A stretch of 19,172 bases of DNA from Candidatus Velthaea sp. (GCA_050012475.1 JBEKHC010000096.1:1-19172); one strand, 5' to 3'; counted from the first letter of the stretch, positions 1-7,424 are shown. Translations and numbers: made by a program. Notes: generated by a model from the letters alone, not told the origin.

Positions 1-2
1 CG

Positions 3-26
3 CGGTGAAAAATCGTTCACCGTTTT
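3..26 (+). terminator. possible intrinsic terminator of a gene upstream of the window
   Basis: CGGTGAA (3-9) pairs with TTCACCG (16-22), followed by TTTT. Confidence 0.3.
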
Positions 27-167
27 ACACTTATGTCGTGGAATTTGCGAGAATGAGCGTGATGTTGCAGATTCGCTTGCTGGACAAGCTATTGATTTTG
101 GGGGTTTTCGAAGCTATATTTGCGCGGGTATTCCAGCGCTCCTTTGGAACTTGAAGGGCTACCCGCT

Positions 168-422
168 ATGCAGTTCAACCTCGCTGCCGCCAAACGGCTG
201 AGGCAGCAGATAAACGACGTCGCGTGTATCCTGGGCCCGCCGCTGCGGCGCACGATGTGGCGCGCCCGCGGCGCGACGCTGGTGCGCTGCGCAACGTGGG
301 ATTGCGGCTGCGTGGTCGATTATATCGATACGTTCCCCGACGATCGCGAGGCCGGGTTGCACTGGGATGCGTGCGGCGAGCATCGGCAGGCGAGCACCGC
401 GGGCATGAACGGTTTCGCCTAG
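168..422 (+). CDS. small hypothetical protein, possibly metal-binding (CxxxxCGC...CxxH)
   Basis: ATG at 168 (ORF track extends to TTG 120) after an AT-rich upstream region; ends 14 nt from the convergent trmD stop. Confidence 0.6.
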   Translation: MQFNLAAAKRLRQQINDVACILGPPLRRTMWRARGATLVRCATWDCGCVVDYIDTFPDDREAGLHWDACGEHRQASTAGMNGFA

Positions 423-436
423 CGAACGCCCGTGCC

Positions 437-1120
437 TTACGAAAGCGGATTTTTTGCCTTGCGCGCGATGGCTCGATCGCGCGAACGCTGCCGGCGCCAG
501 GCGGCGATGGCAGCATGGTCGCCCGAGAGCAGGACGTCGGGTACCTCGATCCCGCGGAACACCGGGGGCCGCGTATACGCCGGATAGTCGAGCTCGCCCG
601 AGACGAATGATTCAGCGGCCCGTGATTCGGGGGCGATGACGCCGTCGATGAGCCGGACGGCGGCATCGATGAACGCCAGCGCCGGGATTTCTCCGCCGGT
701 CAGCACGAAATCGCCCAGCGAGCGTTCCTCGATCGGGTAGAGCCGGCTCAGCCGCTCGTCGATCCCCTCGTAATGGCCGCAGATCAGAACGAGCCGGTCG
801 GCGGCGGCGAACGCCTGCGCGTCGGCGTGGTCGAAACGCGGCCCCGACGCCGACGTCAGGACGATGCGGCGCCGCTCGTCCGGCGGCGCTCCGGCGAGAA
901 TGCCGTCGATGATCTTCGCCAGCGGCTCGATCCGCAACACCATCCCCGGACCGCCGCCGAAGGGACGCTCGTCGGCGCGCGCGCCGGGTTCGCATGCGCC
1001 CACGACGTCGTGGAGCTCGACCCTGACCAGCCCGCGTTCGACGGACCGGCCGACGATCGATAAACCGATGACCGGCGCGAACATCTCCGGGAAGAGCGTG
1101 ACGACGTCGATGTGCAACAT
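437..1120 (-). CDS. trmD: tRNA (guanine37-N1)-methyltransferase
   Basis: MLHIDVVTLFPEMF start, DERPFGGGPGMVL, LICGHYEGIDER, SLGDFVLTGGE, YTRP, VPDVLLSGDH; start set at ATG 1120. Confidence 0.98.
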   Translation of the reverse strand: MLHIDVVTLFPEMFAPVIGLSIVGRSVERGLVRVELHDVVGACEPGARADERPFGGGPGMVLRIEPLAKIIDGILAGAPPDERRRIVLTSASGPRFDHADAQAFAAADRLVLICGHYEGIDERLSRLYPIEERSLGDFVLTGGEIPALAFIDAAVRLIDGVIAPESRAAESFVSGELDYPAYTRPPVFRGIEVPDVLLSGDHAAIAAWRRQRSRDRAIARKAKNPLS

Positions 1121-1126
1121 GAGCGG

Positions 1127-1609
1127 GTGTCTTTCTTCGCGCGGATGTTCGGAACGACTTGGCCGCGGGCGCCGAAAACGCCGTTTGCCGCCGGCGTCGC
1201 GGCGCTCGAGCAACGGCGCGTCGATGAAGCGCTCGCCCATTTTGCGACGGCCCTGGCGAGCGCAGCAAGCGATCGCGAACGCGCGCTCGTGCACAATAAG
1301 CGCGGGCTCGCGCTCCTGGTGCGGGGGGACCGCAACGCGGCCGTCGCAGCGTTCGTCGCGGCGCTCGACGCGGACGACCGCTGTGCGCCCGCCATCGTCA
1401 ATGTCGGTAACTTATTGCTGGAGGACGGCATCTTGAATGACGCCGTGGCGCACTATGAGGCGGCGTTGGCGATCGACGATGCCTCCGCGGCGGCGCATCT
1501 CAACTTGGGGATCGCGCAGAAGCGCCTTGGCCGGCGGACCGAGGCGGTTCGCGAATTTCGCCGCGCCGCAGCGCTCGAAGCCCGGCAGGCTCGCCCGCGC
1601 CGGACCTAA
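1127..1609 (+). CDS. tetratricopeptide repeat protein
   Basis: TPR patterns (HNKRGLAL, NVGNLL...AVAHYEAAL, AHLNLGIA...EAVREFRRA); probable start GTG 1127 (MSFFARMFG), alternative ATG 1145. Confidence 0.85.
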   Translation: MSFFARMFGTTWPRAPKTPFAAGVAALEQRRVDEALAHFATALASAASDRERALVHNKRGLALLVRGDRNAAVAAFVAALDADDRCAPAIVNVGNLLLEDGILNDAVAHYEAALAIDDASAAAHLNLGIAQKRLGRRTEAVREFRRAAALEARQARPRRT

Positions 1610-2076
1610 TGCAGCTTGGTGCCGACGAGCGTGATGTCTTCCAAGTACTCGAAAAGCTGGGGCAGCGTGATCTTTTCGAGTGCGCTGCGCGCGTTGGCCG
1701 CGCTGCCGTCCTCGCCTTCATCGCGCAGGTAGCAGCGCGATTCCACCCCGCCCGCTCCTTCGCTCAGGAACGAGACCGCGAATCCCTTGCCCATCGTATC
1801 GTCGTAGATCCGCATCGCGGCGGGGTTGAGAATCTCGATCGAGTGCGAGGCATTGTTCGCATCGAAGATGGTGATGGTGAGATAATCCCGGTTGACGATC
1901 TCGATCGAACCGACGACGAACGTGTTCTTGGCGGAAAAGAACTCGTGCCCACGCTTGTTGCGCGAGCTCACTTCGTAGAAGACGCGGTGCGCGACGAACC
2001 GGTTGAGAATTTTGCGGAGGGTGGCGATCGATGCCAGCGTCTCCGTCCGATTCCCGCGCGTATAGATGATTTTCAA
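1606..2076 (-). CDS. hypothetical protein (156 aa, beta-rich)
   Basis: Protein-like composition, TTG start, fills the gap between TPR and tat genes, 4-nt convergent stop overlap. Confidence 0.8.
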   Translation of the reverse strand: MKIIYTRGNRTETLASIATLRKILNRFVAHRVFYEVSSRNKRGHEFFSAKNTFVVGSIEIVNRDYLTITIFDANNASHSIEILNPAAMRIYDDTMGKGFAVSFLSEGAGGVESRCYLRDEGEDGSAANARSALEKITLPQLFEYLEDITLVGTKLH

Positions 2077-2153
2077 AAAATCGGTCGACCGAAGCTTTCG
2101 TCGTATTTTCCGGGACGGGTACGCTTAAGGGCTTTCGGGAAGAAACCCTCCGC

Positions 2154-2528
2154 ATGTTCTCCATTGCCGACATGGCCGTCGCCGGCGCGGTTGCCTTGCT
2201 GCTGTTCGGGCCCGATCAGCTGCCCAAGGTTGCCCGCCGTGCCGGACAGCTTGTCCGGGACGTCCAGAACACATCCCAGTCGTTCATCCGCGAGATGGAG
2301 CGCGCCGCCGATGCCGCCGACGAGGTGCACCCGGCCTCGCCGCCCGCCGATCCCCCGGCGATCGTAGCCGCTGGGGCACTTCCGGCGGCGCCGGCCTACC
2401 ACGAGACGCCGGAGCCGGCCGCCCACGATCTCGTCGCGCACGAGGCTGCGATCGGTCCGCATTCGGCGGAAGCGGAGGTCGGGAAACACGAGCATTCGGA
2501 TCTACCGCCCGGCCAAGCGGCGCCATAG
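2154..2528 (+). CDS. tatB: Sec-independent translocase subunit, TatA/TatB family (TatB-like)
   Basis: N-terminal TM helix, FGPDQLP hinge, amphipathic helix, Pro/Ala/acidic tail; TatA vs TatB uncertain. Confidence 0.8.
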   Translation: MFSIADMAVAGAVALLLFGPDQLPKVARRAGQLVRDVQNTSQSFIREMERAADAADEVHPASPPADPPAIVAAGALPAAPAYHETPEPAAHDLVAHEAAIGPHSAEAEVGKHEHSDLPPGQAAP

Positions 2529-3065
2529 CCCGATCACGCGGCGGACGTACGCCTGTGTTTCGGGATACGGCGGGATGCCGCCGTAGCGGTCGACGGCTCC
2601 GGCGCCGGCGTTATAGGCGGCGATCGAGTGCTCGAAGCGCGCTTGCGGCGGCAACCCGGAATAGCGCCGCAGAAGACCGCTGAGGTGCCGGATCGTCCCG
2701 TCGAGATTCGCGTCGGCATCGGTTGGGTCGACGCCTAACCCGGCTGCCGTTCCCGGCATGAGTTGGCCCAGGCCTTGGGCGCCTACCGGCGAGCGCGCCG
2801 CCGGATCCCAACTCGACTCGACGGCGACGAGCGCCACCACGAGGCGGGCATCAAGTCCATAGTCCGAGGCTTGCGCCACCGTACGCAACGCCAAACGCAG
2901 AGCCCGCGCGTCGTCGAGTCGCGCATCGAATCGTTCGAGCGTGACCGCATACCGCCGAACGACCGTCAGCGCGTCGGCTCGAGCGACGCTGGGCGCGCTC
3001 GCGAGCAGCACGAACGCGCAGAGCACAAACAACGAGCACCGTCGCACGTCGGCGACAGTGCCCAT
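2502..3065 (-). CDS. exported lytic transglycosylase (SLT domain)
   Basis: AVESS catalytic Glu, GLGQLMP, AYNAG, YGGIPPYPETQAYV; signal peptide ending ARA; start uncertain. Confidence 0.93.
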   Translation of the reverse strand: MGTVADVRRCSLFVLCAFVLLASAPSVARADALTVVRRYAVTLERFDARLDDARALRLALRTVAQASDYGLDARLVVALVAVESSWDPAARSPVGAQGLGQLMPGTAAGLGVDPTDADANLDGTIRHLSGLLRRYSGLPPQARFEHSIAAYNAGAGAVDRYGGIPPYPETQAYVRRVIGLWRRLAGR

Positions 3066-3078
3066 CTCGTGCACCCGC

Positions 3079-3120
3079 GATTCGCGCGGTCCCGCGCCCG
3101 ATTCGCGCGGTCCCGCGCCC
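3079..3120. repeat. perfect 2 x 21-bp tandem duplication
   Basis: GATTCGCGCGGTCCCGCGCCC at 3079-3099 and 3100-3120. Confidence 0.95.
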
Positions 3121-3354
3121 TTAGATGTTAAAGTTTTGGCGAATCTCGTTGAGCCGCGACTCGAGCAGGCCGCGGACTTGGCGATGCAGACGGTCGCGCT
3201 GATCGTCGGGAAGGCGCTGATAGACGAGATACCCGGCAGCGGAAATGATGCCGCCGAGCACGCCGACGAGCACCGTACGCCCGGCGTCGTTTTCTGGACC
3301 TGAGGCGCTGGCCGGCGGTTTCGGCTGTTGCAGGGAGTTGTTGATGTCGGTCAT
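3121..3354 (-). CDS. small single-TM hypothetical protein (YtxH-like layout)
   Basis: GGAG upstream of ATG 3354; hydrophobic VLVGVLGGIISAAGYLVY then charged helix. Confidence 0.8.
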   Translation of the reverse strand: MTDINNSLQQPKPPASASGPENDAGRTVLVGVLGGIISAAGYLVYQRLPDDQRDRLHRQVRGLLESRLNEIRQNFNI

Positions 3355-3372
3355 CGTGCGCACTCCGTTCGA

Positions 3373-3741
3373 CTAGCGGTTACCCAAAAACTCCACATCT
3401 GGAGGCGCATGCGAATCTTCGTTCTCGCGCACGATTCTCACGTTGACCGGAAATTGCCACGCCAGCTGCGCGATGGCCAGTTCGGCGGTGCCGACGATGG
3501 CCTTGACGTCTTCGCGCTCTCGGTCGGCTTCGGGGATCGCGAAGCGCATGCTTCCGTCGTCCCGCTCGATGATGCCCGCTAACGATGCATACTCGGACAA
3601 TCCCAATTCGGCAGCCTGCAAAATCGCCGAAGCCGCGGCGCACACGACATCGTCGCCCGCGACTCCGGCCTCGGCATGGCCTTGGGCGAAAACAGAAGAC
3701 AGCCGTTGCCGGCTGTCTCTGCGAAATCGGACCTCGAGCAC
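3373..3741 (-). CDS. prp: ribosomal-processing cysteine protease Prp (YsxB family)
   Basis: GHA...DDVVCAAASAI catalytic His/Cys motif; directly downstream of rplU. Confidence 0.93.
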   Translation of the reverse strand: MLEVRFRRDSRQRLSSVFAQGHAEAGVAGDDVVCAAASAILQAAELGLSEYASLAGIIERDDGSMRFAIPEADREREDVKAIVGTAELAIAQLAWQFPVNVRIVRENEDSHAPPDVEFLGNR

Positions 3742-3745
3742 CGGC

Positions 3746-4063
3746 TTAGGGCAGCTCGATTTTCTCGATGCGGATCTCGGCGAAGCGCTGGCGGTGGCCG
3801 ACGAGCTTGCGGACCCGCTTTTTGGGCTTGTACTTGAAGACCAGGATTTTCTTGTCTTTCGCCTGACGCAGCACTTTGCCCGAGACGCTGGCTCCGGCGA
3901 CGGCTGGGGTGCCGATGGCCACGGCGCCTGCGCCGTTCGAACCGAGGATGACGCGATCGAAGGTTACCGTCGAGCCGACCTCGGCTTCGAGCAGGTCGGT
4001 GCGGATGATGTCACCCTCGGCGACGCGCAATTGCTTGCCGCCGGTCTCTATGATCGCGTACAT
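3746..4063 (-). CDS. rplU: 50S ribosomal protein L21
   Basis: MYAIIETGGKQLRV...FKYKPKK...GHRQ; start ATG 4063. Confidence 0.99.
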   Translation of the reverse strand: MYAIIETGGKQLRVAEGDIIRTDLLEAEVGSTVTFDRVILGSNGAGAVAIGTPAVAGASVSGKVLRQAKDKKILVFKYKPKKRVRKLVGHRQRFAEIRIEKIELP

Positions 4064-4072
4064 AACTTTGGG

Positions 4073-4102
4073 AGGATACCAGAGTCCGTCATTCCCCGTC
4101 AA
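4073..4102 (-). promoter_or_regulatory. sigma70-type promoter for rplU, near-leaderless transcript
   Basis: TTGACG-N18-TATCCT with extended TG; only 9 nt from -10 to ATG; no SD. Confidence 0.7.
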
Positions 4103-4127
4103 CTTCCTTGGCCCGGGGAAAGGGGTG

Positions 4128-4305
4128 ATGGGTGCCCTCGGCTTCGCTCGGTACACCCAAAATCGCTACTGCCGAAAATTTCGCTCCCGCCCTCATGGGT
4201 GCCCTCGCTACCTCGGTACATCCAGCTCCGCGAAACTGTTCGAGCCCCCGCCGCCACCCGCCCCACCCCCGGCCGGCAACGCCTCCCGGCTTGCTGGGGC
4301 GGGTG
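4128..4305. repeat. REP-like palindromic repeat pair plus GC hairpin
   Basis: ATGGGTGCCCTCGGCTTCGCTCGGTACACCCA (4128-4159) and ATGGGTGCCCTCGCTACCTCGGTACATCCA (4195-4224); 11-bp stem 4255-4265/4295-4305. Confidence 0.75.
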
Positions 4306-4543
4306 ATGCTGGTCGCTTCCGTCGCCTTTGTTGGCGCTGACGTCTGCTTTGGGCAGTTTCGTCCGCTGGGGGGTTTTGCAGGGGGTAGGGTGATTTGGGC
4401 TGGGTTGGGTTGCGTTGGTTGAGTGGCGCGTGTTGCCGAGCAGGCGTGTGTTGTTGACTGGCGCGTCAGGATGAGGGGCCGTTGGTTTGGGCTGTGTCTC
4501 CGGCGCGGCTTTGGCGGCTTGGGTCTAGCGCCTGGTTCCAGTT

Positions 4544-4754
4544 GAGTGGCTCGCGTAGGGGCGGTTCGCGTAGCGGCCCGCGTTTATGGCTCGCCCAGAG
4601 CGGTTCGCGTTATGGCTCGCGTAGAGCGGCTCGCGTTTATCGCTCGCGTAGAGCGGTTCGCGCGGAGTGGCTCGCTTTGAGGGGCTCGCGTTGAGCGGTT
4701 CGCGTAGGGTGGCTTGCTTTGAGTGGCTTGCGTTGCGTGCATTGCATTGAGTGG
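4544..4754. repeat. degenerate tandem array, about 15 copies of a 12-15 bp unit
   Basis: Consensus approximately GAGYGGYTCGCGTW, no unique spacers. Confidence 0.9.
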
Positions 4755-4761
4755 GTCTTGT

Positions 4762-4798
4762 AAAAGACGAAGGCGCCCTCTTTTTTGGGGCGCCTTCG
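4762..4798 (-). terminator. intrinsic terminator
   Basis: 11-bp stem CGAAGGCGCCC/GGGCGCCTTCG (4768-4778/4788-4798) followed on the minus strand by TCTTTT. Confidence 0.8.
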
Positions 4799-4805
4799 GT
4801 GCTGG

Positions 4806-4982
4806 TTAGACGGCTGGGGCTCGGTCTTGCTTTGGGTGGTGGAAGGAGGGCGGTTTTCGCGGACGGGCATGGACGGAGAAAATGCGCGGTTCGCCGCTCC
4901 GTGGGCGCGCGTGGATCGGGAGGACTGGAGCTTCGTCGGCTTTCGGACGCGCGTTGGCGGGGTGGGGAAGTGTGATCGGCGT
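4806..4982 (-). other. cryptic 58-codon ORF with ACG start (small gene or decayed pseudogene)
   Basis: AAGGAG 7 nt before ACG, open frame to TAA at 4806, terminator directly after; absent from the ORF track. Confidence 0.4.
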
Positions 4983-5058
4983 GGTAGTTCTCCTTGTGCG
5001 GCTGGGGTTGAGAGCGGGAGTACGGCTCGTGCCAGCGTGGGGCTAGGCGGGCCGGACG

Positions 5059-5103
5059 AAAACGAAACGGCCGTGCGAGTTCCCGGGGGCACTCGGCATG
5101 GCC
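5059..5103 (-). terminator. probable terminator of the pentein gene
   Basis: Imperfect stem GGCCATGCCGAGT/ACTCGCACGGCC followed by GTTTCGTTTT on the minus strand. Confidence 0.55.
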
Positions 5104-5139
5104 GTGTTGGAGGGCATTCGCGCTGCGAAAAAGAGCGCT

Positions 5140-5982
5140 CTATGCCGTCGCTGCGGCGATTCCAATCGCCGGACCATCGTCTAGCTTGAGCGCAAGGCAC
5201 TTCGCACTTCCGCCGGCTTTGTGAAATTCGCTGAGCTCGGTTTGAAAAACGCGGTATCCGGCATGGTTCAGCCGCTCGCGGAGCCGGCGCGAGCACGAAT
5301 GCATCACGATCGCATCACCGAGTTCGATGCTGTTCGCAGCGAACGCCAGGGCATCGTCGACGCCGATTTCGATCAGGTAGCCGGGATCGATCGTGCGGCG
5401 GAGCTGAATTTGGGCGTGCGGGCTGAGCGCGTCCATGTAGACCATGACGTGGCCCGACGAAAGCGGGCAGACCGCCATGTCCAGGTGGTAAAAACGCTCG
5501 TCGACGAGCAGCAGCGGCATGACCCGGCAGCCGATGAGTTCCTGCAGTTGCAGCGTCGCGTTCCGCTCGCTGCGCCAGCCGTAGCCGGCGTACAGAATCG
5601 GGCGAACCGGATCGAAGATCGCGTCGCCCGCACCCTCGAAGTAGGTCTGCTGCAGATAGGTAGTCGCAAAGCCCGCCTTGGTGAGCTGGACACGATAGTG
5701 GCCTTGCTCGCGGCGCCGCTCGGGATGACGAAAGCTCGACAAAACCGCCAAATTCCCGCAGATCAGCGCGGCGTTCGCCGTGAAAACCAGATCCGGGACG
5801 TGCTCGCCGGGTTCCATCGGGATGAGCGAAACGTGGGCCGCCACCGAGAACGTCTCCATCAACCGATCCCATTGGCGTTGCGCATCGGGAGCCGAATAAC
5901 CGACGTTACGCGTCATCCAAGGGTTGATGTCGTAGTTGACCGAGTAGTGAGTTGGTGGGCACACCATCAAGCGCGTCGCCAT
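5140..5982 (-). CDS. amidinotransferase/dimethylargininase (pentein) family hydrolase, ArgZ N-terminal-domain-like
   Basis: CPPTHYSVNYDINPWM, PDLVFTAN, FEGAGD, FYHLD, EFHKAGGSAKC catalytic motifs. Confidence 0.93.
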   Translation of the reverse strand: MATRLMVCPPTHYSVNYDINPWMTRNVGYSAPDAQRQWDRLMETFSVAAHVSLIPMEPGEHVPDLVFTANAALICGNLAVLSSFRHPERRREQGHYRVQLTKAGFATTYLQQTYFEGAGDAIFDPVRPILYAGYGWRSERNATLQLQELIGCRVMPLLLVDERFYHLDMAVCPLSSGHVMVYMDALSPHAQIQLRRTIDPGYLIEIGVDDALAFAANSIELGDAIVMHSCSRRLRERLNHAGYRVFQTELSEFHKAGGSAKCLALKLDDGPAIGIAAATA

Positions 5983-6080
5983 GTAACGATGTTAGCGTAC
6001 ACGCGTTGCGCGCGCATTCGACAATCGGTTAAGCGCGGATTGCGTTCATAACCCGCGTGCTGCGGGTACGAGTTCTACCT

Positions 6081-6314
6081 ATGAAAAGTGAATCGGATTT
6101 CAAAAATGCCTTGCCGAATGAGGTCGACGATCATCCGGATTCGGGCATGCCGCGGCAGCTCCGTACGCAGGCCGACGAGCTTGCGCCGCTGACCTTTCGC
6201 GAAGCTCAGGTCGCGGGAATGACCCGCACGCCTGAGGTCGTCTACGGCGACAGCGACGAGGATCCCAATCGCGACGACCAGCTCGACGAGCATCGCGGCG
6301 CCGAAACAAGTTAG
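6081..6314 (+). CDS. small acidic hydrophilic hypothetical protein
   Basis: ATG 6081; D/E-rich 77 aa ORF between divergent pentein gene and FKBP. Confidence 0.7.
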   Translation: MKSESDFKNALPNEVDDHPDSGMPRQLRTQADELAPLTFREAQVAGMTRTPEVVYGDSDEDPNRDDQLDEHRGAETS

Positions 6315-6381
6315 CCGCCCCTTTCGGCGACCGCGCTCCGGTGCGAGAAGCCATCGAAGCGGCGAAAGCGAATGTTTGGGC

Positions 6382-6840
6382 ATGAAACGTCTCATCGCGT
6401 GCTGTGCCGGTTTTGCGCTGTGCTGTCCCCTGATCGCCTCAGCCGCACCGGCGCCCGCGGCCAAGACGCATGGCGCGAAGCCGGCTTCAGCGGTCGGGAA
6501 GACCATCACGACCAAAAGCGGCTTGAAGTATGTCGACCTGGTCGTCGGCAAAGGGCCGATGCCCAAGCCCGGACAGACCATCAGCGTGCTCTACACGGGC
6601 CGGCTGACCAACGGCACGGTCTTCGATTCGACCAGTACGCGGAACAACGAGCCGTTCGAGACCCCGATCGGTGTCGGGCAAGTGATCAAAGGCTGGGACG
6701 AGGGCATGCTCACCATGCGGGTCGGGGGAAAGCGGCGCCTCACGATTCCGCCCGGCCTAGGGTACGGGGCGGAAGCGCAAGGGCCCATCCCGCCCAACGC
6801 GACGCTGATCTTCGACGTTCAGCTGTTGGCGATCAAGTGA
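6382..6840 (+). CDS. exported FKBP-type peptidyl-prolyl isomerase
   Basis: Signal peptide; [45 protein letters not shown]. Confidence 0.97.
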   Translation: MKRLIACCAGFALCCPLIASAAPAPAAKTHGAKPASAVGKTITTKSGLKYVDLVVGKGPMPKPGQTISVLYTGRLTNGTVFDSTSTRNNEPFETPIGVGQVIKGWDEGMLTMRVGGKRRLTIPPGLGYGAEAQGPIPPNATLIFDVQLLAIK

Positions 6841-6900
6841 CCATCCTCGGCTAACGTCAGCTTCGGCTTCCGGCTCCGAACGCCAAGTGGCTTCTTCGTC

Positions 6901-7390
6901 AACGCCCGCTAACGCCCGCAGCTTCCGGAAAGCGTCAACGCGACCCGACTTGGCCGAGGGCTACAACGCCCGCGACGTGGCGGAAGGCTCAACGCCGGCC
7001 GTCTTTGGTGGGAGGCTCAACGTCCGCACTCGGGCCGAAGGCTTAGAAGCTCGCGACTTGGCAGAAGGCGGAAGGCTCAACGCCCGCACTCGGGCCGAAG
7101 GCTTAGAAGCTCGCGACTTGAAGGCTCGACGCCTGGCGGCTTTGGCGAGACATTCAACCCCCGCGACTTGACGCGCCGGCGGCTTTAGCGGAAGGCTGAA
7201 CGCCCGCGACTCGGGCCGAAGGCCAACCCCCGCGACTCTGGCCGAAGGCTCACGCCCGCGGCTTGGCGGAGCGCTTAACGCCCGCGATTCGGCCGAAGGC
7301 CAAACCCCCGCGGCTTGGAGGAAGGCTTTAGCGCCCACAGCTTGTCGGAAGGCTTGCCGCCCGCGGCTTGGGCCGGAGGCCCAAACGCCA
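6901..7390. repeat. degenerate tandem array, about 17-18 copies of a ~26-bp unit
   Basis: Consensus approximately AACGCCCGCGACTTGGCSGAAGGCTC; near-exact duplication at 60-bp offset (7013-7060 vs 7073-7120). Confidence 0.92.
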
Positions 7391-7423
7391 TGGATTCGCG
7401 GCGCGTTCAGCGCCGCGAATCCA
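7391..7423. terminator. perfect 14-bp hairpin after the Rieske gene (terminator or 3' stabiliser)
   Basis: TGGATTCGCGGCGC-GTTCA-GCGCCGCGAATCCA, 1 nt from the stop; no real U tract. Confidence 0.65.
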
Positions 7424-7424
7424 G

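Noticed and set aside
4064..4230. L21 ribosomal leader RNA
   Set aside because: Candidate promoter sits 9 nt from the ATG, leaving no leader; upstream hairpins look like repeats
4544..4754. CRISPR array or repeat protein (ORFs 4482..4694 +, 4637..5296 -)
   Set aside because: Unit too short and of variable length; translations are low-complexity
6887..7171. Repeat-protein ORF
   Set aside because: Covers only part of the array, unit length mostly not a multiple of 3, no SD
6901..7390. CRISPR array
   Set aside because: Units are contiguous and degenerate, with no unique spacers and no cas genes in the window
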